Shown in pieces: positions 1 through 11,949 of a stretch of DNA of 64,000 nucleotides (the stretch's first letter is position 1; each line of letters opens with the position of its first letter). The position numbers and the translations under genes were made by a program. The stretch is from Zygnema circumcarinatum SAG 698-1b (Eukaryota; Plantae; Zygnematophyceae): assembly GCA_037447605.1 (NCBI GenBank), contig CM074807.1, forward strand, positions 4,042,829 to 4,106,828, given 5' to 3'. A model generated the notes under the pieces. The model made no database searches and had not been told where the DNA came from. It saw nothing but the letters and a program-made list of their open reading frames with translations.

Positions 1-260
1 GCGACGGCGGCAGGGGCGTGGGGAGCGGTGGAGGGCGCCATGGCTCCCCGCGGAGAGCGCGGGAAAGAGGAGAGAGAAGGGAGAGGGAGAGGGAGAGGGG
101 AGAGCGAGAGCGAGAAGGAGAGGGAGAGGGAGAGGGGGAGGGGAGAGCGAGATGGAGAGGGAGAGGGAGAGGGAGAGGGAGAGAGAGAGAGAAATGGAGA
201 TGGAGAGGGAGAGGGAGAGGGAGAGGGAGAGGAGAGAGCGAGAGGGAGAGGGAGCGGCGA
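1..260. repeat. GA-rich low-complexity tract
   Basis: Almost pure G/A run (gagggagagg...); the overlapping R/E/G-rich ORFs are compositional artefacts. Confidence 0.9.
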
Positions 261-482
261 AGGATGTGTGGGAGGTCGGGAAGGCGGGGCAGCTGCGTGG
301 TTGTTTGTTTCTCGCTGGGGACGGTAGGACATAGGACTGATCGAGACTCGGATAGGGCTGGCGATTTCATCCAAAGTTTCGGCTAGATTGAAAAAAGAGA
401 AAAAAAAACAAAAAAAATGTGGCATTTATCTCACGATGGCGATGCCTTTAAATAACACAAATAGACTACATAAATACGCGAT

Positions 483-782
483 ATACCCCATTTTCTGCAC
501 ATTCGATCCAACAAAACACACAACCAATCAGGACGCGCGACGTGGCAACGTCCAACTCGCGGCAACTATACCCCATTTTCATTAAATTCACCTTTGACAA
601 CATAATCGAATCCGTAGGTCACATAAAACAAAAACACGTGGCAATAACTGAATACCCCATTTTCTGCACATTCGATCCAACAAAACACACAACCAATCAG
701 GACGCGCGACGTGCCAACGTCAGACTCGCGGAAACTATACCCCATTTTCATCAAACTCATCTTTGACACCTTAATCGAACTC
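483..782 (+). repeat. Tandem duplication, 169-bp period (about 130 bp aligned, 2 copies)
   Basis: ATACCCCATTTTCTGCACATTCGATCCAACAAAACACACAACCAATCAGGACGCGCGACGTG... starts at 483 and at 652, nearly identical. Confidence 0.9.
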
Positions 783-1015
783 GTCGTACGGATGAAAACG
801 ATGACAAAGCTTTTGCCTACGGCAACGCAAAAACAAAAAGCTTTTGTATGGTGAGATGTGGGAAGTCGGTGAATTAATTGAACAAATTAAGTTCTTTTTG
901 TTGCAAGTTTGATATCAGAAGGAGTACTTTAGGGACATAATGATGACCTTGCAGAGGAGTATTACTTTTTTTCTCATCTTGTGAGCCCTAATGATGGCAG
1001 ATCGAGACCGAGGAG

Positions 1016-1173
1016 GGGGGTGTCAGACTTAACAAAATCTTACGAAAAGCGTTACGAAAAAAAAAGGTTACGAAAGTACTCCGCCGCAGGAGGATCGCGA
1101 TTATATTGGAGTACTTGTTCTGATTTCAAACTTACGAACACGCGTACTGAAATTTTTTAAGTCTGACACCCCC
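1016..1173. mobile_element. MITE-like element with 17-bp terminal inverted repeats
   Basis: GGGGGTGTCAGACTTAA (1016-1032) and its exact reverse complement TTAAGTCTGACACCCCC (1157-1173); internal TTACGAA repeats; no coding capacity; no clear TSD. Confidence 0.55.
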
Positions 1174-1339
1174 TATTGCGAGATGTACGGTCGAGATTCA
1201 GACGAGGTTCGTACGGTCATAGGCCACATCCGTACATTTTGTACACTTGTACTGTACGGTATTGACGCCTTCGGTACTGTACTGTACAGTAACCGTAATG
1301 TAACCGAACACAACTGATACGGTACGGACTTGTTCGTAC
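1076..1339. promoter_or_regulatory. Dense GTAC cluster (candidate SBP/SPL-binding, CuRE-like)
   Basis: 14 GTAC tetramers in 264 bp (11 in 1185-1339), about 360-630 bp upstream of the kinase ATG; about 1 expected by chance. Confidence 0.45.
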
Positions 1340-1701
1340 AATCTGCATTCTGTTCCATGCGAGAAATGGTTACAGTTCCTATTTCACGGGTAACTGGATG
1401 TTTCCATGCATGTAGACCCGTTCTGGCTGACCTATTTTTGACCGTGGACGACCCCTTGGCATTTCAGCATTTGCAGGGCAATTGCTCGTGGTCTTATCGG
1501 CTGCTCCTGCAGCTGCATTTCGTTTAGAACAAGAATATACAAATATTTATGATACCAATATATTGTTATAAAGCCTAGAAGTGCAGCACATTGTGTCCAT
1601 ACATGGGCAGATGTTATCGAATACCGACTTAGCAAAAGGGAGGTAGCAAAACGGGGAGCAAACGTTGACTTCAAACCCTAATTGCGGTCTGCAAGGGAGC
1701 C

Positions 1702-4097
1702 ATGGCTGCTCGTCCGATGTCACCTATCGACAGAAAAGAGAGCCCGGAAACTATTCCGGCAAAAGAACCCTCTTTGGAGAGGGAGGAGTCTCTGGGAGAT
1801 GCTGTAAACCTGCAACGCTTAGCGAAGCTTTCTATGCAGAGCCACGATCGGCCATGGCGGCCCGAGTCGAAGGGTAGCTCATGGCAGGTAGTAGGCCCCA
1901 TTCCTCTGCCTTCCAGCGTATCAGAGAGCTCCTCTGTGATGTTTTCTGAGGATGATTCCGAAGATTCGGAGGAGGAGAAGCATCCAAGGGCGGTGGGCCA
2001 CGTGTCGCAAGGGGCTCGGTCAGTGGCATCAGTAGGAGAGCGAGAGAGGGGGCGAGGGAGGGAGAGGAGTGAGAGTGTGGTGAGTGTGGGGCTGGGAGGA
2101 GGGCAGACGGCGGATACGAAGATCATTGTTGTGGGAATTCAGTTGAAGCTTGAATTAGGTTTGGGACCTCCAACTGTGCGTTTGGAACTTGACCTACATT
2201 CGATGGAGTTGATGGATTACGCCTTGTCGCGCCTCGCAAGGAAAGGAGATACAATAATTGGGCTTTACGCACATAAGCCCGGTAGGTTTTTTTTTTGTTT
2301 TTTTGGACTAGTCAGCGTAAGCTTAATAGTGGAATACGAGACAGTAGGATCAACTAGGAGACTTAAACGTGGAGCCCCTTGAAGTCAGTTAAACTTGAAA
2401 GAATTTGATAATATGATGTCAATTTCTTTCCAATGATAACCACAAGACTATGAGGCTGGTAAGAGCCAGTAACCCTTATTACATTCTTCTATATTAACAT
2501 AAACAATTGTGAGATCTAAGGTGACCCTCCCATGTACATTTTCACGAGAGTCATTTGACTTTTAAAGAAGTTTAGTTTATTTGAAGCAGTTTTCCAAGTA
2601 GAGTTAGCTGGGACTAATCTGTGCAGTGTTTCTGGAATTTGGTTGAACCTCGTGGTACAGAGGTGAAGCTTATCAGTGCTTTTTCTGCAGTTGTGTGACT
2701 GAGCGTAGAGGGGGCGGCTGTCAGGGAAGAGACTTCCTCAGGGAAGGACTGAAGAAGACTTGCCAGCAGTTATGGAGGATATGGTGGCGGCATGGGAAGC
2801 TTTGGCGGTTCCCAAGAAGGTAAGAAAACGCAAAAGTAAATCAACAACAACTTTACAAACATGAGCATGTTCTAATCAAATAGCTTTACATCGTACACTG
2901 TCATTCCCTTACACTCCGCTCCCCTCTCTCCCGTTCCCTTGCCCTCCCGCCTCCTCCTTCGCCCAACCCCCCCCTCTCCCCTCCTCCCCCGGTTATATTC
3001 ACTCTCACTCTCACCCCGCCCCTCCCCTCCCCTCCCCTCACCTCTCTCTCTCTCTCTCCTTCCCTTCCTCCTTCCCTCCTTCCCCCTCTCCCGCCAGGTT
3101 CGAGTAGAGGCGAGGGTGACAATTTCAGACAAAGCAAAACCAGCCTTCACGAGGGAAGCGGCAGCACTTGGAGCACACACAGTTCTGCTTTCGTGCTCAT
3201 TCATAAAGTTCGTCGGGAAGCAGCTCAATGGGTGAGTGGTGGAGTGAGGGAGGAAGGCGGGAGAGAGGGAGGGAGGGAGGGAGGGAGACGGAGGAAGAGT
3301 GGAAGGCATGAAGATTGATGTGTTTGAAGGGCTCATGGGTTTTCAGGGTCCATAAGTGGGCTGATGCATGCATACACGACATGCCACGAGAGTGTACCAT
3401 CATTGTGGTTCGCCATGGCTCCGTTATAACATCATCAAAGGGTGTGTTTTTCCAAACAAACCCTAAAATTTCAACTTTTGCGGGTCCAATACATCCGATG
3501 GATGTCTTTCAGGGAGCTGATGTGGATTCTACATTCTGCATCAAACGCTTATCTCTACGGCTGTATGGGCATTCTCCTCACAGGGCGAGGAGGCGTAAAG
3601 TCGGAAAAACGAACAGTTTCGAGGAGTAATTCATCATCTTCAAGTCGTCCTAAGCGGAAAATTAGTTTTGGTGAAGTTGATGAAGCCACAAAACATTATG
3701 GAAACACGCAGTTGTCGCGACAAGGAGCAACTACATCCAATGTGTATTTGGGGTATTTTAAAGACTTGGGGGCGGGAGTAGTAAAGCGCTACAAAGTGGG
3801 AGGAAGGCCGTCAGATGCTTCAATTTTGAATGTGAAGGCGGAGTTAGAGATGTGGACAAGGAGAGCAAATTCGAATCTGGTGGGAATGTTTAGTGTATTG
3901 GTGGATAAAAAGTATTGTGTTGTCGTTTTGGACTATCTACCGCAAGGTTGTCTTTACGAGAATCTGCATGGTGAGTGGGGTGGGAGGGAGAGAGGAGAGA
4001 TCTCTATAGTTCCAATGTGAAAGTTAAGCTGGTTTGATTGTATATGTGTTTGTAGGAAGTTTCCTTTTTCATGTTTGGAATACAGCAAAGAGAGAGG

Positions 4098-4130
<33 letters not shown>

Positions 4131-4766
4131 GGGGAGGGGAGAAGGAGAGGGGCAGACGAGAGGGTGAGAGAGAGAGAGGAGGAAAGGTGTAAGTGTCAGT
4201 GATGGCTTTCCATGGGTCACTATGCAGTAATGACGTCACAACGGAGACTCAGTTGGAAACAACGGATTCGGATTCTGAGAGGGACGGCGGAGGCAGTATG
4301 CTTCCTTCATACGTGCTGCAATCCTCCGGTTTTACATGGAGCTCTGCAGAGTATGAATATCCTGTTGGATGGGGACATGGAACCGTTGGTGAGAACTATG
4401 AACGGCAGAACTGTAAACTGTGATATATCCACCAATTATCGTGCAAGTTTCTGGCGTATATAGCACACTCTTCTATGCTAACTTTGAAAAGGAAAGAGGA
4501 TGAGGGGTCGACGAAAGGAGAGTGCATCTGAAAGCGTTTTGTTTTGGTAAATTCAGCTTTAAGATTCAGATAATTGATGTCAAACTGGACAAACCCTAAA
4601 AGAGTGAAAAGATGCAGGAGTTATGGAAACCCTAAAATTTTGGAATGGATGTCTGTTTGCAGTTGACGGACTACTGGATGGAGACGGTGCGAAATGCGGG
4701 CGGAGGATCGAATTTTTTTGAGCTGCCGCCAGGCAGCTATGGAGCCCAAGGGTTGGTGCTCTCTCC

Positions 4767-4799
<33 letters not shown>

Positions 4800-6063
4800 C
4801 TCTCTGTTTCTGTGTCCCGGTCTCCCTCTCCCCTCCCCACCTCCCACTTGCTCCCTCTCCCTTCCCATCTCTCTCTCTCCACCACCACCTCTCTGCGTCC
4901 CTCTCTCTCTCTCTCTCGCGCGCGCGCCCGACTTTTGCAAACCAAGTATTCACATTTCCTTTCATAGAACTATCAAATTTCGTATTGTTTTGCCCGACGA
5001 TACTCCCACAGCTAGCTTAGCCGACACATTTTTGAGACCAGTGATTGTGAATTTCCTGTGCAGCTATCTTGCTCCGGAGATTCAAGCTGAAGCAGGCCGG
5101 CCTTCGCTATCAAGCTTTGAGGGAGATGTGTATGCATATGGCATTCTCATGATGGAGCTTGTGACTGGGAAACGTGCATTTGAAGAGGGACGGAAACCTG
5201 CCTTTCTACATGCATGGGTAAGCAGATGGGAGAGGCAGAGAGAGGGACAGGAGGGAGATAGAGTGGATAGGGAGAGGGGTGGGGAAGTCGGTGGAGAGTG
5301 GATGGAAGGGAGAGGGATGTAGAGAGGTATAAGGAGAGGCAGGCGGAGCAGGAGGAAATGGAAACGAGGAGAGGGAGGGCGAGAGAGGGGGATGGGGAGA
5401 GGGGAGGGGGGAGGGGTCTGCAAAGTGCTTGTGCACCTTCTGCATCAGCTACTTCGTCTGAAAAAGTTTCTATTTTTGTGGAAAACCTCTTGAATGCAGT
5501 TGAAACCCCTTCTTCGAAACAGAGAATATCGTGAAATCGTTGATTCTAAGCTGTTCAGCAATTATGATGTTAAGGAGGTCACTGCACTGGTGGACATCGC
5601 CATGGCCTGCTGCGACCTCGACCCAATGAGGAGGCCTCCAATGGAAGAGGTAACTTACATTTGGATGTGAGGAGACTGAAAATGTTAAGTCTTTCAAGTT
5701 TTTTGACTTTGAGTCAGTCTCCCTCAGCCAAGGAAGGGAGGTCCTCTCCCCTTTCATCCCTCTCTCCTTCTGCGTACTTTTCCCTCTCCTCTCTCCTCTC
5801 TCCCTCCTCCCGTCCGCTCCCTCTCCCTCACTCTCGCCCTGCCTCCCTTCCAATCGAGCCGCCGGAAGGGGAAGGAAAAGAAAGTAATCGAAACTTCAGA
5901 GCGGGCGCCTACAACGATGTGAGGTGAACCTAACCTTTGTATTTGGAAAGATGATTGTTTTTTACGTTACGATTTGTGGTTTTCTCTGCAGGTGTTGAGG
6001 AGAGTGGAGGATGCGGTGACTTCCCCGGACAGTTATAGCATCACAGAGCCGTCGCTCGCATAG
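1702..6063 (+). CDS. USP-like-domain receptor-like cytoplasmic kinase (RLCK-VI-like architecture), predicted pseudokinase; multi-exon
   Basis: N-terminal USP-like segment (KIIVVGI...LMDYALSRLARKGDTIIGLYAH), then kinase exons: GVVKRY, LDYLPQGCLYENLH, LSWKQRIRILRGTAEAVCFLH, HGALQSMNILLD, LTDYW, YLAPE, DVYAYGILMMELVTGKRA; last exon VLRRVEDA...SLA* ends at 6063. One junction near 2282-2710 is unresolved. Confidence 0.8.
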
Positions 6064-6696
6064 AAAGGTCTGAATTTTTAAATTTGTATAATGGAAGCAT
6101 GTAGAGGCGCCCCCGTCAATGTCAAATATATTTGAACGTGTTTAAGGTTTCGGCCAAGGTGTAGGCAAAGAGAGAGTGAGAGAGAGTGACAGAGGGAGGG
6201 AGAAGGGGAGGGAAGAAATGGGAGAGAGGGGGAGAGGGGGAGGGGGGCAGAGAGTGAGAGAGAGAGAGAGAGAGGGAGAGCTCTTGTTCGAAGTAGTGTG
6301 AAGATTTGATTTATTGATTTTTATTTTATTTTTAATTTAAAATGTACTTTACCCATTTCTAAAAATAACCGAGGGGCCTTGTGGTTGGAAAAGCTCAACA
6401 TCGCTCATCAGTTCATGTTATGTCTCCTCTCAACGCGTCCACTCACATCACGCCACTCATGTCATGTCATGTCACATCGAATGGCATTACGTCATGTCAG
6501 ATGAAAAAAATGGCATAGAATTCACTAAACATGAGAGCTGATGTACAGGAACAAACCACAAAATTAAGCTCTTAATGGCGTGCCCTTCATGATTCGTCCC
6601 ACACCCCTCTGCTATTTACACATTAATCATTCGGCCGAGCCAAGCCACCAGAAAAGGGAGAAAGGAAGGCGCGGAATACACAGCAAAAGCTTTGCC

Positions 6697-8868
6697 TTAC
6701 TTCCGTGACGCTCTTTTTGGAGGAGGGAACTTCAGCGGTACAGGGAGAGTGACTCGATACCTTAATGCTACGAAAAGCTTGGACTCCTTCGACCTCACTT
6801 GCGTCAGCTTACAACCAAGCTCCTTCAAGTAAGGGGTCAGCAATTTCGACGATAGCTCAAGGTCGTCTCCCAACATATGAGGATCCATGTTGAACCCCTC
6901 CACATGAAGAGCAACCACTAGGATTGTGCTAATCAACAAGTCACGATGGGATTTCAAGCGTCTCACACGGCCTGCTCTCTCTCCTTCACTCTCTCTCTGC
7001 GAATACAACGACATGAACTTTTCCACGATCTGACGGGGAACTTGAAGGACCTTTCCAACAGTTTCAGGGTCGGTTGAAGTGTAGTAGGTTTCGTCCTCCT
7101 CCTCGTCCATCGTCTTCTTTGTGATTACAAGCTCGCCCTCCTCATCTCCTTCACCGGTCACGTTCGGCCTATTTCTGTTTCTGCTCCTTCTGAAGCTCAG
7201 ACCTGGGGGAGCCTTGTAAAAAGTTATCAAGAACGTCAAGTAGACCAAAAGACAAGCCCGCCTCTTAGCTTCGTCAGCAGAAACCTGCACAGGAAAGTGC
7301 AGGGAGAGAACGGAAGGAGAAATGTGAGTAGAGAGACAAAGGCAGGGAAGGAGGGGGCGAGAGAGTGGGAGAGTTCCAAATCGTGGCGGGTGCTTTGGAA
7401 AATGGACTTTCGGGGTTATCCCTCAACTCGCAATCCCATATTTTACGAATGTATCTTCGTCTGAAAGTCGTATTCAAGCAGGATTGCCCTCTTACATTTG
7501 TGAGTAATAGGCTCGCTCGATCCCTGACATATGCAGGGTAAATTTTTTGAATCCGTTCCAGAGATTGTTTCATTTTCTGGGCAGCCACAAGCTCGCTTGC
7601 TTTTGTATCCAGGAGCTCCCATTCATCCTCCTTGATGATTTTGTCAATAGGATACACATCCTCTGCTTTCTCTGCTTGTTTATTAAAGAAAGGCATATTT
7701 CTATGCTGATCAATTCCATGCTGGGCCTCAGCTTCCGCCATTGTGAGCATTCCTTCCCGCTGGGTTGCACTTTGGACTAATTGGCTGAGAGCGGAGGATG
7801 CTCCGATATGGTCGTCCTTGATGCGACCCTTATCGTAGTTAGCAAGCTGAAACCAAAGGGAAGAAAAGGATCAGATAGATACATATATACATGTATGTGT
7901 GTTACGTGGATAAGCATACAGTTATACAGGTCTGAATGAAGACCAGCAACTGCAACTGACCTCTCTTTGCTTCTTTTTGCTTCCAAAAACCGCAGTCAGA
8001 CTCCTCCTCTTTGCAGCCAACTCCTCTGCCTTCGTGGTCTCATCTTCCAAAACTTTTTCTTTCTCCTCCTCCAACGCAGCATTGCCATATGACACTCCTC
8101 TCACGCGAGGCTCCATCCGTAAAACCTGTCGCATCGATTTTATACAATTCCGTAAAGGAAAGTCGACACAAGAAAGTTGCATTTTGCACTCATTCTATGC
8201 TCCTCCTAGGAAACCAATCTGCCTAGAGCTTATATTCCGTCCCGCTTATCCATAATTGATCGCATTGAAATGAGACAAATGCAAGAAGTGTGATGCTCCA
8301 CGGCGTACCTTCAAGAGGAATTCTACACTAATCAGAGAGCCCCCATCAAATTCGAATTCTTACCCTTGGCATCACCCAAATTAACCCTAATTTTACTTAT
8401 TTCCTGACCTTGAACTATCATCCTCACCCCAACCCACTCTACGCCTATCCCTAAAACCGTTCCGGCTCGCCTCAAGCTCACCTTATCTGCTGCAACTGGC
8501 ATCATAGTCATCTCTCCCGTCCTTTTATTGAACACCGCCAGCGCATATCGGACTGGATTCCACATTTGCGCATCCGCAGTGAGGGATCTCCCAACAAAAT
8601 CCATCACAGGGGTCTCCATGACCAGCAGATGCCTCCCTGAACTTGCAGTCCGAGATCCCTCGTATGATTTTATGGCTACATCTCCCTCTCCTCCTCCCTC
8701 CCTCCCATGCATCCTTCCTCCCGGAACATACCCTGATGGGAAATGCACCACAAACGGCGGCTGCTCTTCCTCCCCGGGAAGCTTTAGATTCACCTTCCCC
8801 TGCAGCTTCTCCTTTCTCCTCTTCCGCTTCAGCTCTGAGCTTCCTCCTGCCACGCGGCGCTCGTCCAT
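6697..8868 (-). CDS. RPA49: RNA polymerase I subunit RPA49 / A49-like associated factor; multi-exon
   Basis: N-terminal PFVVHFPSG...RYALAVFNKRTGEM and C-terminal LVVALHVEGFNMD..L..DL.LS..L..YLKELGCK...LPVPLKFP match the A49 family as I recall it. Confidence 0.8.
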
Positions 8869-9028
8869 GGCTGCTCTCAGGGAGGGAGCAGAAGAAGCTG
8901 TGAAGAATTAGGGTTGGAAGTGCCCACCCTAATTTTGTGCTTTTGGGTTCGCTGTGGCACTTTATCGTGTTTAGTTTCACGGAACGGCGAAACATAGAAT
9001 ATACGGCCATAATGGTCGATAAGATAAC

Positions 9029-9137
9029 CCAATATCGGGATATACCTACAGTATCGATCTAGTAAGAATATATATACGTATATGGAATATCACTGCAGCG
9101 ATATATCGACGAATTCGGTATATCTCGATATACCGAA
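9029..9137. promoter_or_regulatory. CGATAT/ATATCG-rich patch with a perfect 11-bp-stem hairpin, upstream of RPA49
   Basis: Multiple GATATA/TATATC motifs; TTCGGTATATC-TC-GATATACCGAA at 9114-9137; palindrome CGATATATCG at 9099-9108. Confidence 0.4.
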
Positions 9138-9515
9138 CGCCGTGAGAAGGAAGGAGACCGGAGAGTGGAGGTAAGTCAGTGGTGCTCGTCGAGGTGCGCA
9201 ATATGGCATGCAATTGATTTGTGGGAAATTCGAACTTAGAAATTATTTGGTTGGTTTCAAGAGGTTCCATGTCAACATGGCAATGAGTGGAGGAGCCATG
9301 AAACTGGAAAGGACAAATGTGGAGATGCGTCGGTTGTTTAACAACATCGGAAACTACGTTGCATGTTTCGTTTTGAGTTCAACTCATGCACAATTTGAGC
9401 ATGCACGTATGTCGAGAGAAAGTCAGGCCTGACCTGAAATGCCCACAGAATTTAATCAGCATTTTTAAGAAAAAAAATTAAAGATTATTTCCTAATCTGG
9501 CCGTCAACTGCATAT

Positions 9516-10608
9516 CTATGATTTTGGAGGCAACGGTAATTTGAGCCCTAATCTTTCTATAAAAGGACCCATTGAAACTTTTTGAGGAAGTCTCCAGCTG
9601 CGCCTGAGCCCTTCCTTTATACAGACCTTGGCTCTTCTCTTCACTGAACTCAGCCCCTCCCCAAATCCTAATTGAGGCTCCTGCATGCGTTGGGTGAGCC
9701 CAGATTTCAAAAGAGAGCTCCTTGCAGCAGCAGCATGAGCTGTTGCTTCCACCACGTCTGCCCACCAGATCGCCTGCAGCGCAAAATTGCTTGAATTAAC
9801 TTCTTTTAAGTCAAATTACTTGGATTGGTTTGAAGTCGAAAATGTTTCATTGAAAGAAATCGAATTACAGCAACAATAACCGTTCTCTTCCTCTGCATTG
9901 CCTGGAAGAATCTACACACAGAAAGGCCTTTCAGTTAGACAATTGTTTAACTGACTCATATCATATGAATGGCTTCCTGAAGCTCACCATATGGACTACT
10001 CCCTGCCACGCGGCGTAACCGAGAGGGACCACTGAGAACCTGCAACCATTGGGAAGCTGCCATGTCAGCAATTTGTTCTTGAACTCTGAACCTAAAGGTC
10101 AATCTGAGTCCTGGAGGCTGTAACCGTCATCTTAGGCCTTCCAAAAACTACAATTTTGACAAATTCGTGGTTGCACATAATCGTACAATGAAACCCTAAT
10201 CAGAAAAAAACTGCTCCTAATTTGATGACAGGTTCATGCGTCAACACTGACATGCCACGGCCACCACGCATTGCGAATTCCTTCGGAGGCGTCCATTCCT
10301 CATACCTGCAATTTGCAGATTCCAATTCACCACCCCAGCCTTTCTCTTTCAGTCAAACCATTCGCAACAGCTAAAGCCATTTGAAAATCAACTGGCTCCA
10401 CCTCTAGGCCTTGGAAAGTGACCAGGAATATAAAACAAGAGACGGTAAGACATCGTATTCATGCATACTGGGACCATTCTGAGAGCATGTCCGGCATCAC
10501 GTACAGCCATCCGTAGCGGCGATCGTGAACAAGCTGCTGCTGACGCGCCTCTCCGACAAAAAGCTGCATCGACTGGCACTGCTTGTTGAATGCCGAAGCT
10601 CGCGGCAT
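9516..10608 (-). CDS. Small (about 155 aa) protein of unknown function, 4 exons (10608-10505, 10305-10252, 10039-9988, 9773-9516)
   Basis: All three introns are GT-AG and phase-compatible, giving MPRASAF...HDRRYGWLYEEWTPPKEFAMRGGRGMFSVVPLGYAAWQGVVHMAIWWADVVE...LPPKS*. The YGWL.EEW..P.E.A..GGRGMF..VPL core resembles an uncharacterised plant protein motif (recollection only). Confidence 0.7.
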
Positions 10609-10940
10609 GGCTGCTCTCTTTCTCTTCTCCCTCTCTCTCTCCCTCTCCGCTATCCCTCAGCTGCCTCCCGTATTCAATTCCTCTCTCGTCTCCCTCACTC
10701 TCTCCCTCTCTCTCTCGCCTTGCTCCCTCTCCCACTCTTCCTCCCTCTCCCTCCATGCAGGCGCCTCCCTCCCACACAAAGAAACAACAAACCCTAACAT
10801 TTCAGTTCCCTGTCAAGCTTTCTACAGTAACTAACATCAAACAGTTATTCATGGAAAACGTTGGACTGTCCTGGTCAACTTGTTGAACTGCCAGTAAAAC
10901 AATTGTGTTACTTGTGGCTATTAGACCTTAAACAGAAAAA

Positions 10941-10960
10941 CCAATAAGAATCTGCCACGT
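10941..10960 (+). promoter_or_regulatory. CCAAT-N9-CCACGT composite element (ERSE-like spacing)
   Basis: CCAAT aagaatctg CCACGT, about 330 bp upstream of the 10608 ATG. Confidence 0.55.
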
Positions 10961-11133
10961 ACACATTTTTTCAGGTGGCGAATTTAACTGGAAGATATTC
11001 GACTCCCGAAAGGCAATAACCCCTACGGCCTACGCTTCTCTATGCAACTGTTGCAGTCCAACACGGAAACGCCAGACATTTTTTGGACTTCACGAACGGA
11101 GCTATTCCATGCAAGGAGTCGCCAGTGCTGATC

Positions 11134-11254
11134 GTACTCACGAGATCCACCTGCCTTTCGTACTCTTTGTCGTTTTTTGTGTGGTACTATACGGACGAGA
11201 TCGTCCACCGTACGAATACTGTACGAACGGCTTTGAGTCAATGCAGGATCGTAC
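11134..11254. promoter_or_regulatory. Second GTAC cluster
   Basis: 6 GTAC in 121 bp (11134, 11160, 11184, 11210, 11221, 11251), mostly in a CGTAC context. Confidence 0.3.
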
Positions 11255-11879
11255 GAACTCGCACGAGTTGTTACATACGGAAATTGTCGTTTTGGGAAAC
11301 GCCAGAGCCGTGGGATTCTCTTTTTCCCCTCTACCCTTTTTTTTATTTTTATTTTTGGTTTTGGCGGCTTCGTTATTTTTCTATTTTGTTTGTCGTCATA
11401 AGAAACAAAGTCATGCATCTTCAAATTCTATACTTGCAATTCATTTTTTCCTGCCCGTTGACCGTCTTTCGCCTGGACCGGCCCATGGCAGTCCAATCGA
11501 GAACGTTTTTGAGTTGCCAATTTTTGTTTCGAGCTGCCCGCCTGTTTCAGGTTTTTTTCTTCAAACCTGGTTTGCGGTTCAAGTGCTTAGGATTTTCCTT
11601 TTTTTGACTCGTATTTCTTTATCTTGTGGCTGCTTTGTGCCGCATGACGTAAGAACGCATCAGCAAAACAGAAGCGATACATGACAACGCTCGCAGAAAT
11701 GAAAAATCATTTTATTTTGGTGGCAGAAGAATGACAAAAAAAAGGAATTTGTAAAGAATTTTTCTCCACAATTGGCACCTTCCACGGGCAAGTTCCAGAA
11801 AAACTTTTATAAAATATGTTTCACCAAAACGTTTATTTTTTTTGAAGGCCGCGCCATTGAAAGTCCGGCTCTCGTTTGG

Positions 11880-11949
11880 ACGGCTCAGATTTACCGTCCA
11901 GCAAATAACGGCTCAGATTGACGAACCGACATTTTGGACGGCCACGATT
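11880..11949. promoter_or_regulatory. Repeated ACGGCTCAGATT-type motif (MSA-like ACGG core)
   Basis: ACGGCTCAGATT at 11880 and 11908; variant ACGGCCACGATT at 11938. Confidence 0.3.

Noticed and set aside
18-386. R/G/E-rich ORFs at the window start (and similar ones at 12341-13028, 23020-23451, 32678-33447)
   Set aside because: Low-complexity purine or pyrimidine tracts in introns and intergenic DNA.
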